Shown piece after piece: positions 1 through 10,575 of a stretch of 64,000 nucleotides of DNA. The position numbers were made by a program, and so were the translations under genes. Below the pieces are notes generated by a model. The model made no database searches. It saw nothing but the letters and a program-made list of their open reading frames with translations, and was not told where the DNA came from. The DNA comes from an uncultured Candidatus Rokubacteria bacterium (lineage in GTDB: Bacteria; Methylomirabilota; Methylomirabilia; Rokubacteriales; CSP1-6), in contig CAWBMV010000012.1 in the NCBI GenBank assembly GCA_963789955.1, positions 32,001 through 96,000 on the forward strand. Reading direction: 5' to 3'. Positions within the stretch are counted from its first letter, which is position 1; each line of letters opens with the position of its first letter.

Positions 1-438
1 GCAGATACGAGAAGCGCCCGTAGGGTGCCTGCGTGCCGGTGGCAGCCGCCGCCTCCTGCCCGGGCACGGGCTCACGGCCGGTGGTCAACCGGTATCCCGC
101 TGCCACGACCCTGGTCGTCACCGCCGGCACGTCCGGCACGGCGAGACCGATGTGATCGAACGCCGTCCCGCGGGTTCGGCACCGGTCGGCTTCTGTTGGC
201 GAAGGAAGATGTCGATGTCTGGGAACTGCACGACGTCGAGACCGTACAGCCTCGTCGCCGTGCCCCCGAGCGTATCGACCCAGAACTTCTTGTGGGCGTC
301 GATGCTGGTCACGTTCAGGTGAAAGTGGCCCACCACCACCGGCGCCGTCTTGTTCGACGTCTGCGCCAGCCCGCGGGGCAGCCGCCGTCAGACTGGGCCA
401 GACCTGCAGGCACGCAAACCGAGCCCCCACCTCCTCAT
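1..438 (-). CDS. VOC/glyoxalase family protein, signal peptide likely; frameshifted, runs off window start
   Basis: ORF 118..339 reads VVGHFHLNVTSIDAHKKFWVDTLGG, a typical VOC beta-alpha-beta start; ATG at 438 is in another frame. Confidence 0.7.
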
Positions 439-454
439 GATGCCCCGTCCGACT

Positions 455-486
455 TTGTGAATTGTGACTTGTGACTTGTGACTTGT
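455..486. repeat. Heptamer tandem repeat (TTGTGAM)x4 in divergent intergenic region
   Basis: ttgtgaa ttgtgac ttgtgac ttgtgac ttgt read directly. Confidence 0.9.
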
Positions 487-547
487 ATCATGTCGCCGGC
501 GCGGCCAGCGGCACGGAGCGCCGCGCACCTGAGAGGATCACAACCGC

Positions 548-2303
548 ATGCGCCTCAACCCTGCGAAGACTGCCCTCCTGGCGGCCCTTGTCGCGACGAC
601 CGCCCTTGCGGTCACCACGTCCGCCCAGTACTCGCTCACGGTCAACAAGGACCGGCTGATCAACGCCCAGAACGAGCCGCAGAACTGGCTGCTGATGAAC
701 GGCGACTACGGCTCGCTGCGCTACTCCAAGCTCACCCAGATCAACCGCGCCAACGTCAAGGACCTGCGGATGGTGTGGGCGATGGCGCTCGGCGGCATGC
801 AGGACGTCGGGCAGAACGGCCCCGAGAGCGAAGTCAACCCGCTCATCGACAACGGCTTCATGTACACGAGCGACGGCTGGGGCACGGTCTACAAGATCGA
901 CGCCCGCAACCCGCAGCGGGGCTCGTTCGTGTGGATGGCCGATCCCGGCGTCGCAGCACGAAGGCAACACGTCGCGCACCCGCGGCATCGCGCTGTGGGA
1001 GGACAAGGTCCTCGCCAACCTGCCGGATGGCCGCGTGATCGCCATCAACCGCGACAACGGCGAGATCGTCTGGGACAAGAAGATGATGACCAAGAACGAG
1101 TTCGGCAACCAGGAGCGGTTCCTCACCGCGCCGCTCGTCGCCGACGGCAAGGTGCTGGTCCAGAACGGCGCCGGCGACGGCGGCACGCGCGGCTGGGTGG
1201 CGGCGCTCGGACGTGAACACCGGCAACGAGCTGTGGCGCTGGTACACGGTGCCCAAGCCGGGCGACCCCGGCAGCGAGACCTGGAAGGACGACCACAACG
1301 CCTGGAAGACCGGCGGCGGCGGCATCTGGCAGACCGGCTCCTACGACGCGGCGCAGAACCTCTACATCGTCGGCACCGGCAACCCGTTCCCGATCTACGA
1401 CCCGCAGTTCCGCCCCGGCGACAACCTCTACACCAACTCGGTGGTCGCGCTCGACGTCGCCACCGGCAAGCTGAAGTGGCACTTCCAGTACACGCCGAAC
1501 GACTCGTGGGACTTCGACGAGGCCGGCGTGTTCATGCTCTACGACCAGACGATCCAGGGCATCGACCGCAAGGTGGTCGGCCACTTCGCGCGCAACGGCT
1601 TCTTCTACTCGGTGGACCGCACCAACGGCCGCTTCATCAAGGCCGAGAAGTACGTGAACGACCTGAACTGGACCAAGGGCATCCATCCCGAAACCGGCAA
1701 GCCGCTCGACTACAACCCGAAGCTCGACGTGCAGATCTACAACCCCGAGGCGCGCGCGCTGCGCGGCGACGGCAAGAAGCGCACGCTGCCCGACGTGGCA
1801 CGGCGGCGTCGCGCATCAGCCGCATGGCCTACAACCCGGTCAAGGACATCGCCTACGGCGTCGGCACCGAAGGCTGCTTCACGCAGAACGGCGCGGCGGT
1901 GGCGTCGCTGGGCAAGGACGGCGGCATCGACAACAAGACCAGCGAGCGCCGCCAGTTCAACAGCGATCTCTACTACGGCGCGGTGACGGCGTTCGACGCC
2001 GTGAACCACAAGGTGATGGCCAAGGCCGTCACCGACATCGAGATCCGCTCGGGCGCCACCGTGACCGCCGGCGGCCTGGTGTTCACGGCGCTGCAGGACG
2101 GCTGGGTCGTGGCCTACAACGACGAGACGCTGGAGGAGCTGTGGCGCTTCAACGTCGGCACGCCGCTCAAGGGCGCGCCGGTCACCTACGCGATCGGGCC
2201 GAAGCAGTTTCTCGCCGTGCAGGCCAGCGGCCGGCACCTGCACCCGGTGAACTGGGACAAGCTGCAGAACTCGAGCTACCTGTTCGTGTTCGCGTTGAAC
2301 TGA
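548..2303 (+). CDS. PQQ-dependent dehydrogenase (alcohol/methanol DH superfamily beta-propeller), several frameshifts
   Basis: Signal peptide; NWLLMNGDYGSLRYSKLTQIN, GTGNP, PGDNLYTNSVVALD, WHFQYTPNDSWDFD and TAGGLVF motifs across ORFs 548, 1035 and 1213. Confidence 0.9.
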
Positions 2304-2307
2304 GCCG

Positions 2308-3702
2308 ATGCAAACGACGAGACACCGGTACCGTGCTTCTCACAGCGCTGGTCGATTGCGGCGACGGCATTGCGGTGCTGTGCGCGCAGGCACCGGCGAC
2401 GCCGGCCCGGCGGCCCGCACCCGGGCCGTGGCGGGCGGTGGGCCAGCCGGCCTGCGTCGGGCCCGAGGGCGGGGCGTTGCAGTGTCCGCCGACGTCCTCC
2501 CGCCGCTGTTGCCATGCGCGCCGGCCGTCTCTTCGACAGCGACACCGGCACCGTCCTGACGAAGCAGGTGATCGTGGTGCAGGGCGAGCGGATCACCGAG
2601 GTCGGACCCGAGGCGCAGGTCAAGATGCCTGCCGGGGCGACCGGTGATCGACCTCAGCGCGGCGACCGTGCTGCCGGGACTGGTCGACGCGCACACGCAC
2701 ATGTTCAACACGCCCGCGAAGGGCATGACGCGCGAGCGCGCGACGCATCATCGCGGTCCAGAACCTGCAGGCCGACCTGCGCGCGGGCTTCACCGCGGCG
2801 CGCGACATGAGCTCGCACACCAACGGCTACGCCGACGTCGAGATGCGCGACGCCATCAACCAGGGCGACCTCGACGGCCCGCGGTTCCAGGTCGCGGGCC
2901 GCGGCATCCGCTGGGCCGCGACGCCGCCCAACCCGGCGGCACCGGACGATCCGCTCGCCGGCACGGTCGTCCGCTCGGCTGACGAGGGCCGCGCCGCGGT
3001 GCGCGATCACGTGGCCAGCGGCGTCGACTGGATCAAGCTGTATCCCACCGGCGCCTACTCGTTCACGCCGCACGGGCGACGGCGCAGTACGTGCTGACGT
3101 ATCCGCTGCCGGTCCTGCAGGCGATCATCGACGAGACGCATCGGCTCGGCCGCAAGGCCGCGTGCCACGCCTTCGGCGGCGAGGGCTGCAGAACGCGATC
3201 ACCGCCGGCTGCGACACCATCGAGCACGGCTACGGCCTGACGCAGGCGCAGCTCGACACGATGGTGCAGAAGAAGCTCGACTTCGATCCGACGCTCGCGC
3301 GCTACACCGCGCCGTACATGGACGACAACGACGCCAAGAACACCGGCGGCAAGTTCCGGATGATCCCGATCTTCGAGAAGGCCGTGACGATGGCGGTCGC
3401 CACCAAGGGCCTCCGGACCATGGTCGGGAGCGGCGTCGACGGCTCGACGTTCCCGCACGGCACGCAGGCGCTCGAGTTCGAGCTGCTGGTCAAGCGGACC
3501 GGCATGACGCCGGTCGCGAGCCCTGCAGGCCGGCACCATCGTCAACGCCGAGGTGATGGGCTGGGGCGATCAGATCGGCTCGATCGCGAAGGGCAAGTTC
3601 GCCGATCTGGTCGCGGTGCCCGGCGATCCCACGGCCGACATCACGGCTCTGCAGCGTGTGCGCTTCGTGATGAAGGGCGGGAAAATAATACGACAGGATT
3701 GA
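2308..3702 (+). CDS. Amidohydrolase family protein (Xaa-Pro dipeptidase-like), exported, frameshifted
   Basis: VLPGLVDAHTH metal motif, GVDWIKLY, DTIEHG, GKFADLVAV..FVMKGG; stop TGA at 3700-3702. Confidence 0.85.
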
Positions 3703-4957
3703 GGGCCGCGAAGCGTGGATCGCGCCTGAACGCGTCCATCTTCGGATCGACGTGCATCGCGAGCACGAATCCTGAGTACTCGTCGACGGAGCGCTCCAGC
3801 TCCAGCCACGCCTCGTCGGCCTGCTGCAGCGCCTGGCGGAAGACCGCCATGTAGTACGCGTCCACGTACTCGGACCGCCGGAGCTCGTCCAGTTCCACCA
3901 GGATGGCTATGGCCTCGGCCTCGCGGCCCATCTTCGCCAGGCAGGTGCCTTCGAGCGCGCGCAGCCAGGGCAGGTCCGGCGACATAACCGACGCGATCTG
4001 GTACTGGCGCAAGGCCTCTGCAAACCGCCCGGAGAACTCCAATGCCTGCCCGTAGTGCACCCGCACGATCTGGAGGTACGGGTGCAGCTCGACCGCCTTG
4101 GTGCCCACGGCGATCGCGTGCTCGAACTCGCGCCTGTAGACGCGAATCTGGATCTCGCTGGCCGGCAGCGTGGCCTTCAGCGGATCGGCTTGCGCGCCGC
4201 GCTGCAGCATCGCCACGGCGTCGTCGAGGCGATCGAGGTTCGCGTACAGGAGCGCCGCGCGCACGTAGGCATCGCCGAGCGACGGCTTCTCCTCGAGCGT
4301 GCGCAGCAGTTCCGACTCGGCCTCCGCGAAGCGTCGCTCGAACAGATGCAGGCCGTGCGCCCGGTTGCAGCGCAGCTCGGCCCGGAATCCCCCCAGCGCC
4401 GCCGCCCGCTCGTTCGCTTCGATGAACCTGGGATACACCTCGAGCGGTGGCTGCATCCCGAAGACGGCCAGCATCAGGTAGCACTGCGACAGGCCATCGT
4501 AGGCGCGGAAGTCGCCGGGGCAGTCGGCCGCGGCACTCTCGAAGCAGTCGATCGCCAGCTCCGCGCCCTCGCGCGTCCGGCGATCCCAGAAGTGCCAGCC
4601 CTTCCGGATCAACTCCTCGGAGGTGGGCAGCTCCAGACAGTAGCCGGCCTTGGGCCGATGCGTAATCCACCGGCCGTACTCGCCCAGGATCTTCTTTACC
4701 TCGCCCACCGTCACGTCCACCGTGTGGCGCGACACGTGCGTGCCGTCCCACGCCTCGGCGATCATCCGGTCGTGGCCGACCGCGCGGCCGTTGTAACGAA
4801 GCAGGACACGCAGCGCCTGAAACGCCTGCGGGCGCAGCCGGACGTCCACTCCGTCGCGCGTGATGCGTGAGTTGGCCAGATCGATGGTGAAGGGTCCGAA
4901 GACGATCTCGGTCACGACGTGGGTACCGATACGAGATTTGACCGTTTTTTGCGACAC
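3641..4957 (-). CDS. Winged-helix (OmpR/CadC-type) DNA-binding plus TPR-repeat transcriptional regulator
   Basis: FGPFTID...LRPQAFQALRVL...AWDGTHVSRHTVDVTVGEVKKILG...ITHRPKAGY, then TPR helices and a VDPKMDAFRRDPRF terminus. Confidence 0.85.
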   Translation of the reverse strand: MSQKTVKSRIGTHVVTEIVFGPFTIDLANSRITRDGVDVRLRPQAFQALRVLLRYNGRAVGHDRMIAEAWDGTHVSRHTVDVTVGEVKKILGEYGRWITHRPKAGYCLELPTSEELIRKGWHFWDRRTREGAELAIDCFESAAADCPGDFRAYDGLSQCYLMLAVFGMQPPLEVYPRFIEANERAAALGGFRAELRCNRAHGLHLFERRFAEAESELLRTLEEKPSLGDAYVRAALLYANLDRLDDAVAMLQRGAQADPLKATLPASEIQIRVYRREFEHAIAVGTKAVELHPYLQIVRVHYGQALEFSGRFAEALRQYQIASVMSPDLPWLRALEGTCLAKMGREAEAIAILVELDELRRSEYVDAYYMAVFRQALQQADEAWLELERSVDEYSGFVLAMHVDPKMDAFRRDPRFAALNPVVLFSRPSSRSAHAAEP

Positions 4958-5083
4958 CCCGCGCGCGACCCTCCCCTAGGATCCCGCGTGGGATGCTGTG
5001 AACGGAACAGGCAGACGTCTCTAGCGTCTGCCGACCACGACCGCCCGGCTCTGGCGCCGTGCCGTTCACAGCATACTCAATAT

Positions 5084-5182
5084 CAGTCTCCGGTCTTCAG
5101 TCTTCGGTCTACAGTCCTTCTGTGCGGAACTGCAGTCCGGAAACTGCAGGACAAAAGACTGAAGACCGAAGCCCGAAGACTA
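5084..5182. repeat. Inverted arrays of heptamer repeats forming a long hairpin (possible terminator or RNA stability element)
   Basis: cagtctc cggtctt cagtctt cggtcta cagtcct ... aagactg aagaccg aagcccg aagacta; the cytochrome c stop codon lies in the right arm. Confidence 0.8.
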
Positions 5183-5713
5183 TTTGGTGAATTCCGCGCA
5201 GGTCGAGACGTCCGAGCCCCAGAACTCGATGCACTTCGCGCGGTCCATCGGGCCCTGCCCCACCACCTTGGCGAAGAGGAAGTCGGCCACCTGCTCGATC
5301 TCGCGCGGCTGGAGGGTCGCCGCCGGATCCGGCATCGTCAGGTTGGTGCGCACCAGATCCGCTTCCTTCATCCCGTAGCAGCGGCCGTCGCTATAGGCCA
5401 GGCGGTCGAACGACGGCATCCCCTTGCCGGGCACCCCGCATTTGACCGCGACGATCAGCTTCTCGCGGTTCAGTTTCGTGGTGCGGAGATTGGCGCCGTC
5501 GGGCATCTGGCTGTCCATCTTCCTACCGTCGCCCGCCCACCCGTGGCAGGCCTGGCAGTCGCCCTTCTGGCGGAAGATGCGCAAGCCTGCGGCCACGTCT
5601 TCGGCGCTCGGGGCCTGCGCCCGCACGACCGACTCCCCGGTCGTCGCCATGAGAGCGGCTGCCAGGCAACCCCCGCAGACACCGGCCGCCAGCAGGCGTT
5701 TCAATGGGCTCAT
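5180..5713 (-). CDS. Periplasmic monoheme cytochrome c
   Basis: Signal peptide, CQACH heme motif, GKGMPSF distal Met. Confidence 0.9.
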   Translation of the reverse strand: MSPLKRLLAAGVCGGCLAAALMATTGESVVRAQAPSAEDVAAGLRIFRQKGDCQACHGWAGDGRKMDSQMPDGANLRTTKLNREKLIVAVKCGVPGKGMPSFDRLAYSDGRCYGMKEADLVRTNLTMPDPAATLQPREIEQVADFLFAKVVGQGPMDRAKCIEFWGSDVSTCAEFTK

Positions 5714-5733
5714 GCAAGGCATTCTAATAGCGT

Positions 5734-6820
5734 GTGCCGTTTCCAATAGAGCCGCCGGTCGAGCCGATGCTCGCCAAGCTCACCGAGGAGGTGCCTGAGG
5801 GCGACTTCCTGTTCGAGCCCAAGTGGGATGGGTTCCGCGCGATCGTGTTCCGCGGCGGCAGCGGCGACATCTTCATCCAGAGCCGCGACCTGCGCCCGCT
5901 CGACCGCTACTTCCCCGAGCTGCAGCGACGTGCTGCTCGCGCAGCTGCCGGACGGCTGCGTGGTCGACGGCGAGATCGTGATCGCCACCCCGGACGGACT
6001 CGACTTCGACGCGCTGCAGATGCGGCTGCATCCGGCGGCGTCGCGCGTGGCGAAGCTGGCGCGCGAGACACCGTCGTCGTTTGTGGCCTTCGACCTGCTT
6101 GCGGCCGGCGGCGCAGGATCTGCGCGACCGCCCGCAGAGCGAGCGGCGCGCGCAGCTCGAGCAGCTGCTGGCCGGGGCGCGCGCGCCGCTGCACCTCACG
6201 CCGCTGACGCGCGATCGCGCGCTGGCCATCGAATGGCTGTCCCAGTTCGAGGGCGCCGGCCTGGACGGCGTCATCGCCAAGCCGGCCGGCGGCGCATACC
6301 AGCCGGGCAAGCGCGCGATGCTCAAGATCAAGCACGCGCGCACCGCCGACTGCGTGGTCGCCGGGTTCCGCTGGCACAAGAACGGCCCGGGCGAACTGGT
6401 CGGGTCGCTCCTGCTCGGCCTCTACGACGACTCGGGCCAGCTGCACCACGTCGGCGTCACCTCGTCGTTCACGATGGCGGCGCGGCGGCAGCTCGCCGAG
6501 GAGCTCGAGCCGCTGCGCAAGGGCGCGCTGGACGCCCATCCGTGGCGGGCGTGGGCGAGTCGAGCGACGGCTCGACCCGCATGCCGGGAGGCCAGAGCCG
6601 CTGGAGCGCCGGCAAGGACCTGTCGTGGGAGCCGCTGCGGATCGAGCGGGTGTGCGAGGTGAAGTACGACCACATGCAGGGCGACCGCTTCCGGCACGCG
6701 GCGGTGTTCGAGCGGTGGCGACCGGATCGCCAGCCGCAGGACTGCCGCTACGATCAGCTGGAGGTCACGACTCCGTACGAGCTCGAGAAGGTCTTCGCTA
6801 GCGACGCTTCGCGTCGCTAG
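5734..6820 (+). CDS. ligC: ATP-dependent DNA ligase (LigC-like), frameshifted
   Basis: EPKWDGFR adenylation motif, VVDGEIV, FVAFDLL, DGVIAK, YQPGKRAMLKIKH, EVKYDHMQGDRFRH. Confidence 0.9.
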
Positions 6821-8110
6821 CGGTCTTCGCCGTGTCTTATCGCCCGCGCTTCGCGCGGGCCAGTCGTTCAGGTCGTCGTCGGGGTCGAGCGCTTCCTGCG
6901 CCGGCCGCAGCGCCGCCGGCACGTGCTGCAGGTTGACGCGGATGCGCGTCCAGGTCGTGAAGCGCCCGCGCATCGCATCGACGAGCACGTCCGCCGGCTC
7001 GAGATGCGCGCTCGCCTCGGGATGTCTCGCCTTCCAGCGCTCGAGGCCCGCGAGCGCGTCGGCCTTGTCGCGGGCCCGCCCAATCTCGACCAGCGGATGC
7101 CTGGGCACGCGCCGCTTCGACGGCGCCACCCGCGGCGCCTCGCCCGGCTGCTTGCGGTAGTGCGGCGGCCACGGCGCGTCGCCGAGGCCCTCCTTCTCCT
7201 GCCGCGCCGACAGCTCCAGCAGCGCGTCGAGGCTGCCGGCCGAGTCGTCGATGTCGCGATGGCGATCGCCGACCTCGGCAAACCGCGCCGGCATGGTGCG
7301 CAGCGTGAAGTCGGCCGGGTCGCAGGCGCCGACCTCGTCCCACGCCAGCGGCGCCGAGACGCGCGCGTCGGGCTTGGGCCGCACCGAGTAGGCGGCAGCA
7401 ACCGTCCGGTCCTTGGCGTTCTGGTTGTAGTCGAGGAACACGCCGTGGCGCTCCTCCTTCCACCACTTGCTGGTCGCCAGCGCCGGCGCGCGCCGCTCCA
7501 CCTCACGCGCCAGCGCCAGCGCCGCGCGCCGGACCTCGGCGAAACCCCAGCGTCGTTCGATCCGCACGTAGATGTGCATGCCGCGCGAGCCGGATGTCTT
7601 GGGCCAGCCCACCAGGCCGAGGTCGGCCAGCGTCGCCCGCACCACGGCGGCCACCTCGCGGACCTGCGACCACTCGACGCCAGGCACCGGATCGAGATCG
7701 ATCCGCATCTCGTCGGGGTGATCGAGGTCCTCGGCGCGCACCGGATGCGGATGCAGCTCGAGGCAGGCCAGGTTGGCCATCCACACCAGCGCGGCGGCGT
7801 CGCGCGGCACCACTTCGTTCGCCGTGCGGCCGGACGGAAACGACAGCTCCACCACCTCGACCCATGGCGGCCGCGACTCGGGCGCGCGCTTCTGGTAGAA
7901 CGACTCCTCGTCGATGCCGTTGGGAAACCGGAGCAGCATGTTCGGCCGCCCGCCCGCCCCGCGCAGCGCGCCGTCCGCGACGGCGAGGTAGTAGCGGGCG
8001 AGATCCAGCTTGGTGTGGCCGGCCTGTGGAAAGAGGACCTTGCGCGGGTTCGACACCGCCACCTCCCGGCCGCCGACGGTCAGGATCTCGTGTTCGGGCG
8101 CGCGTGCCAC
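6817..8110 (-). CDS. Stand-alone LigD-type primase-polymerase (Prim-PolC-like) with C-terminal extension; true stop uncertain (ORF reads on to 6422)
   Basis: SNPRKVLFP, TKLDLARYY, FYQKRAP, MRIDLDP, KTSGSRGMH, FLDYNQNAKDRTVAAAYSVR. Confidence 0.85.
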
Positions 8111-8186
8111 AGTTTGCTGATTGTAGACGCGGCTCGAGTGGGTCGCTTCCTGCAACCGCGCACAGGGCGGACGTCGGCGTCGCGCA

Positions 8187-9341
8187 TCACAGCGCTGGGC
8201 ATGCCGGTCCGTCGCTGATCATGGCGACCCGGGCCTTGAACGCGCGAACCCAGTCATCTACGGGGCGGACGTCGCTGAACAGCCCGCGCTTCTGATCGAA
8301 CCGCGCGCCGACAAAGAGATCCCGGGCCTGGGCATCGGACATCTGCCGCAACCGCTTCAGCAGCAACTGGCGGCCGGGCTCGCCCACGCGCGTGTCGGAG
8401 AACGTGGTGCCGCCGTACGGCAGGCTGCTCATCGTCAACTGGCACGACGCACGGGCGCCCCAGATGCCGATCGTGGTCCAACCCTCGACGTCCACCTTGC
8501 GCGGACCGAACGCCGCGCCCAGATCCTGCAGGACCAGCATCGGCTCCGGGCAGCCCGTGCCGTCCGGCCACTGGCGGCTCACGCACACCAGCCGCTGGTT
8601 GTCGGGCTTGTTGTCCCAGTGTGCCAGGAACGCCGCCAGCAGCCGCAACGCGTCCACGTGGGCGCGAGGAGACCCACCCTTGGCCGAGTCCACCTCGTCG
8701 AGCTCCTGAAACGACCAGCCCGATCGAGACGCCGTCTCGATCGGCTGACCGCCGTATTTGCGCTCGATCGCCACCCAATCGAAGTCCCGGTACTGGTCGT
8801 AGTCCACCGCGCGGGCCAACAGCGGGCCTGCGCGCACGACATCTAGGGTCTTCATCGTCGTGAAGGGTTCGACCGGGCATCCGTGGCAATGCAACCGCCG
8901 GACGAGTGTGATGGTGTCGGCCGCGAACCCGAGCGCGCGGACCAGCCGTGTGGCCGCGGCCTCAGAAGGAATCTCCGAGCCGTTGCCGTACTTGACCCGA
9001 ACCTGCTCGCCGGTCTGCAGCACGCAATCGAACTTCGGCGTCGTTCCTCCCGGCCGCGTCACGACGAAGCGGCATGACATCTCGTCGAGCGGCGCGACCC
9101 GGAACAGATGCGGGGCGAGCGGCCGGCGGGAGTCGCGCCATACCTGCGCGCGGGCGAGTGCGTCCTGCCGCACGGCATCCGAAACCACGCGCGCGTTCGC
9201 GGAAGGCGCCTTGGCCCGCTCGAGCTCGGAGGGTGTGGGCGCGGCCACGGGGGTTTCCGATCGATGGCTGCTGTCCACCGCAACCCAGACGGCTGCCGCC
9301 AGAGCGGTCACACCGATGACAGCAGGGACCCCCAAGCGCAC
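8187..9341 (-). CDS. Exported or membrane-anchored hypothetical protein with protein-kinase-like motifs
   Basis: N-terminal hydrophobic segment; GGTTPKF, VRVKYG, SEAAATRL, HWDNKPDN, LQDLGAAFG. Confidence 0.65.
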   Translation of the reverse strand: MRLGVPAVIGVTALAAAVWVAVDSSHRSETPVAAPTPSELERAKAPSANARVVSDAVRQDALARAQVWRDSRRPLAPHLFRVAPLDEMSCRFVVTRPGGTTPKFDCVLQTGEQVRVKYGNGSEIPSEAAATRLVRALGFAADTITLVRRLHCHGCPVEPFTTMKTLDVVRAGPLLARAVDYDQYRDFDWVAIERKYGGQPIETASRSGWSFQELDEVDSAKGGSPRAHVDALRLLAAFLAHWDNKPDNQRLVCVSRQWPDGTGCPEPMLVLQDLGAAFGPRKVDVEGWTTIGIWGARASCQLTMSSLPYGGTTFSDTRVGEPGRQLLLKRLRQMSDAQARDLFVGARFDQKRGLFSDVRPVDDWVRAFKARVAMISDGPACPAL

Positions 9342-9371
9342 GAGATGGGCAGCTGCAAGCGACGGACCAGT

Positions 9372-10565
9372 TCAGCACTGAGTCCGCGGTCGTGTCAGGC
9401 CATCACGCCCGGCAACGCGCGCGCCGCCGACGAGTTGGGGAACACGCGGTCCAGCTGCGCGGCCGTGAGGTCGAAGGTGCCGGCGACCGCGGTCTTGAGC
9501 AGCGCGCGTGTGTCGAGGGTCGGCTGCAGATCGCGTCCTTCGTACAGCGCGCTCGTGCGCCAGGCCTGGCCAGTCGGCCACTACGTCGACGCGCGCCAGC
9601 CGCGGGCCGAGGATGAACCCCGCGCCCGCCGTGCCGTGGTCGGTGCCGCGCGTGCCGTTGGGCGCGCGCCGTGCGGCCGAACTCGGTCATCACGACGACG
9701 TCGTGGTCACGTCCCACGCGGCGCCCATCTCGGTGCGAAAGGTCATGAGGCCCTCGGCCAGCTGGCCGAGCAGCCGATCGAGCGCGCCGCCCGCCATGCC
9801 CTGGTTGGCGTGCGTGTCCCAGCCACTCAGCTCCATCGCGGCGACGTTGGGTCCGCCATCGGCCTTCAGGATGCGCGCAGCGGCGGTCATCAGCGCCACC
9901 GCGCCGTCGCGTCGCGCCCGGCCGCGCGCCATCGGCTCCTCGCCCACCATCTCCTGCTGCTGGATGGCGGCCTCGAAGCGGTTGTGCAGCACGGCGTCGG
10001 CACGATACAGCGCCGCCAGCCGATCGCGGAACGCGTCGTCCACGACGCCCAGCTGCGTCGGCGACCAGCTTTGCACGTCGTAGGCCCCGGACAGCGACAG
10101 CGGCATGCCCGCGGCGATCGCGATGCCGGCGCGCGTGCCGTCCATCACCTGCAGCAGGCGATTGAGCCAGCCGTCCGACGACCCGACGGGCTTGTCGAGG
10201 CCCGACTCGAGCACGGCCTGGCCGTCGAAGTGGCTGCGCGTGCGATGCGGAATCGCCATCGCGTGCGCCACGGCCAGCTGGCCGTCGTCCCAGAACGCGC
10301 GGAGCGGCGCCAGGCCCGGCGCCAGGCCGAACGTGTCGTCGAGCGTCGTCAGCGTCGGACGCGTCGTAGGCGAACGCGCCGCGGAGTCTCGCGATAGGCG
10401 GGATCGCCCGACGGGCACGACGGCGGCCAGCCCGTCGAAGCCGCCGCGCAGCAGCACGAACACGAAGCGGCCCGGCTGGCGCACCTGCGCGAAGCTGACC
10501 GACGGCAGGGCGAACGTGGCCAGTCCGCCGTAACACATCGACTGCAGGAAGGCGCGGCGGCGCAT
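9372..10565 (-). CDS. DUF1501 domain protein (Tat signal), frameshifted
   Basis: MRRRAFL Tat motif; FVLLRGGFDGL, RSHFDGQ, GWDTHANQG, TEFGRT. Confidence 0.9.
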
Positions 10566-10575
10566 GGTGCTCTCC

